Shown: piece after piece, positions 62,725 to 64,000 of the stretch
Numbering within the stretch: the stretch's first letter is position 1
How the letters are laid out: each line of letters begins with the position of its first letter
Assembly (NCBI GenBank): GCA_905178155.1
Contig: CAJINV010000003.1
Coordinates: 4,277,253 to 4,341,252, forward strand
Length of the DNA stretch: 64,000 nucleotides
DNA from: Amoebophrya sp. A120
Lineage: Eukaryota; Protista; Dinoflagellata
Direction of reading: 5' to 3'
The notes under the pieces: generated by a model
Database searches by the model: none
What the model was told of the DNA's origin: nothing
What the model saw: only the letters and a program-made list of their open reading frames with translations
Position numbers and translations under genes: made by a program

Positions 62725-64000
62725 TCAGAGATCCTGATTTGCGTCGCGGTACGATTCCAACATGGTCCAGTAGGACTCGCACCCTCGAGAAGCCAATATC
62801 TGCCGCCCTTCTGCCTCGGTCTTAATCGTATGCGCCTTGAAACCGTCGAAAAGCCGCTTCTGGATCGTACCTGTAGAAGAAAGAAATCAAATTATACCCA
62901 TCTAGGAATCAACATATCGACCGAACTAGTTAAACTGAGCGCATCCATGGTTCATGCAAAAATGCAAGGCACGCAAAACTTCGAACGAGCCTTACAAACA
63001 AAAAAACTTGACAAGGAATAAGTATATTATGGAAAACGAGTCTGATGCAAACAAGCGGTCACCCCTTACCTTGCCACATTAGCGTCGCTGGATCGTCCTT
63101 TTTCGCCGGCCCTCCGCCGCCGTCGCTATCTTCGTCGTCGTCATCCTCGTCTTCACCGCCTGCGGCGGTCTCGTCCCACTTGATACGGCGCATGATCAAT
63201 TTCCGGTACTTTGTTATCGCCCGCTTGCCACCTTCTACGATCAACAAATTTGCGAGGCCCGTGCACATGATGAGGACCCCGGACAGCTGGAACTGCTCCG
63301 CGTTTACGGTGACCTTAAACTGGTGCTTGCCGTGCTTCATGTCCTTGATCGAGAACGCAAGCACGTGCGTTTCGTTGACCGACGACCGACCGTCGGTCTT
63401 CGGGGCGGGGCCCCCGATGGTGTTGCCGTCCCAGCGCTGCTGCTTCTTTTTCTTCCGGGCCTCCGGATCCAGCTTCGCGGCCTCGTTCCGCCTCTCGTGG
63501 TCGAGCCGCCTCTGTTCGGTCTCGCGCTTCACCTTCTGCTCGATCGCGGTCGGATTCGCGATCTGCTCATCACCCAACACACGCATCAGGTTAGAAAATT
63601 TCACCTGCAATGTATAAGTCGAAAGGTAGAGTGCTTGTTCAGATCGTACGTTTTCGCTTTGTATGTCTATGTTTTCATTCAATAAGAACTACGGTAGGAA
63701 AGAACGCACATCTCGCCTCTTCCTGGTCTCGAATTATACAGACCTAGAATTGCAAACTCTTGTACCTTTGGTGGCGGTGCTTCAATGACACCCATCATGA
63801 TTTTGTCTCGCATTTGCTGGGCGCGCTCCTGGCGGTTTCTCCGGCGCAGTTTCTTCCTCTCCGCGGGTGTGAGCATGCTTTCAAGGGGCTTCACAGTCAT
63901 CTCTTTCTGCAGAGAAATTGTCTGCGGTTTAATGGGAACTGGGTGCTCCACGTAATTTGTGACCCGCCTCTCGTCGATCATGTCTAGATCATACGCCGGG
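62725..64000 (-). CDS. PRPF3: U4/U6 snRNP protein Prp3, 3' part
   Basis: YVEHPVPI, LTPAERKKLRR, PPPKVKFSNLMRVLG, FKVTVNAEQFQLSG, IVEGG..AITKYRKL..RRIKW; GT-AG introns 62871-63069 and ~63606-63765. Confidence 0.93.

Overview
Gene-dense eukaryotic DNA. About 25 protein-coding genes all lie on the minus strand, with short canonical GT-AG introns plus a second class of non-canonical insertions. This organisation, together with the tandem cold-shock genes, best fits a parasitic dinoflagellate of the Amoebophrya/Syndiniales type (inference). The main signal is nine 142-280 bp elements from five sequence families. Each begins TAT(C/G), ends (C/G)ATA, has ~28-35 bp terminal inverted repeats, an exact 5-bp flanking duplication and several internal GCATNACAA boxes. 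Eight sit inside coding frames, where removing the element plus one duplication restores the ORF with no GT-AG junction available. One family occurs in both orientations relative to transcription, implying orientation-independent excision. Other notable items: two DOT1-type methyltransferases with apparent signal peptides, an intronless bacterial-type Ldh_2 + CMD/AhpD fusion, two CSD + RS + RanBP2-zinc-finger genes, a very divergent PCNA paralog, a 93-bp hairpin/oligo-T tandem array, and a fold-back repeat between 43-bp exon duplicates. Recognisable genes include a NEK kinase, AAGAB, a dual-specificity phosphatase, a LicD-like transferase, ANAPC4, NSRP1 and PRPF3. All gene identities come from motif recognition, not database searches.
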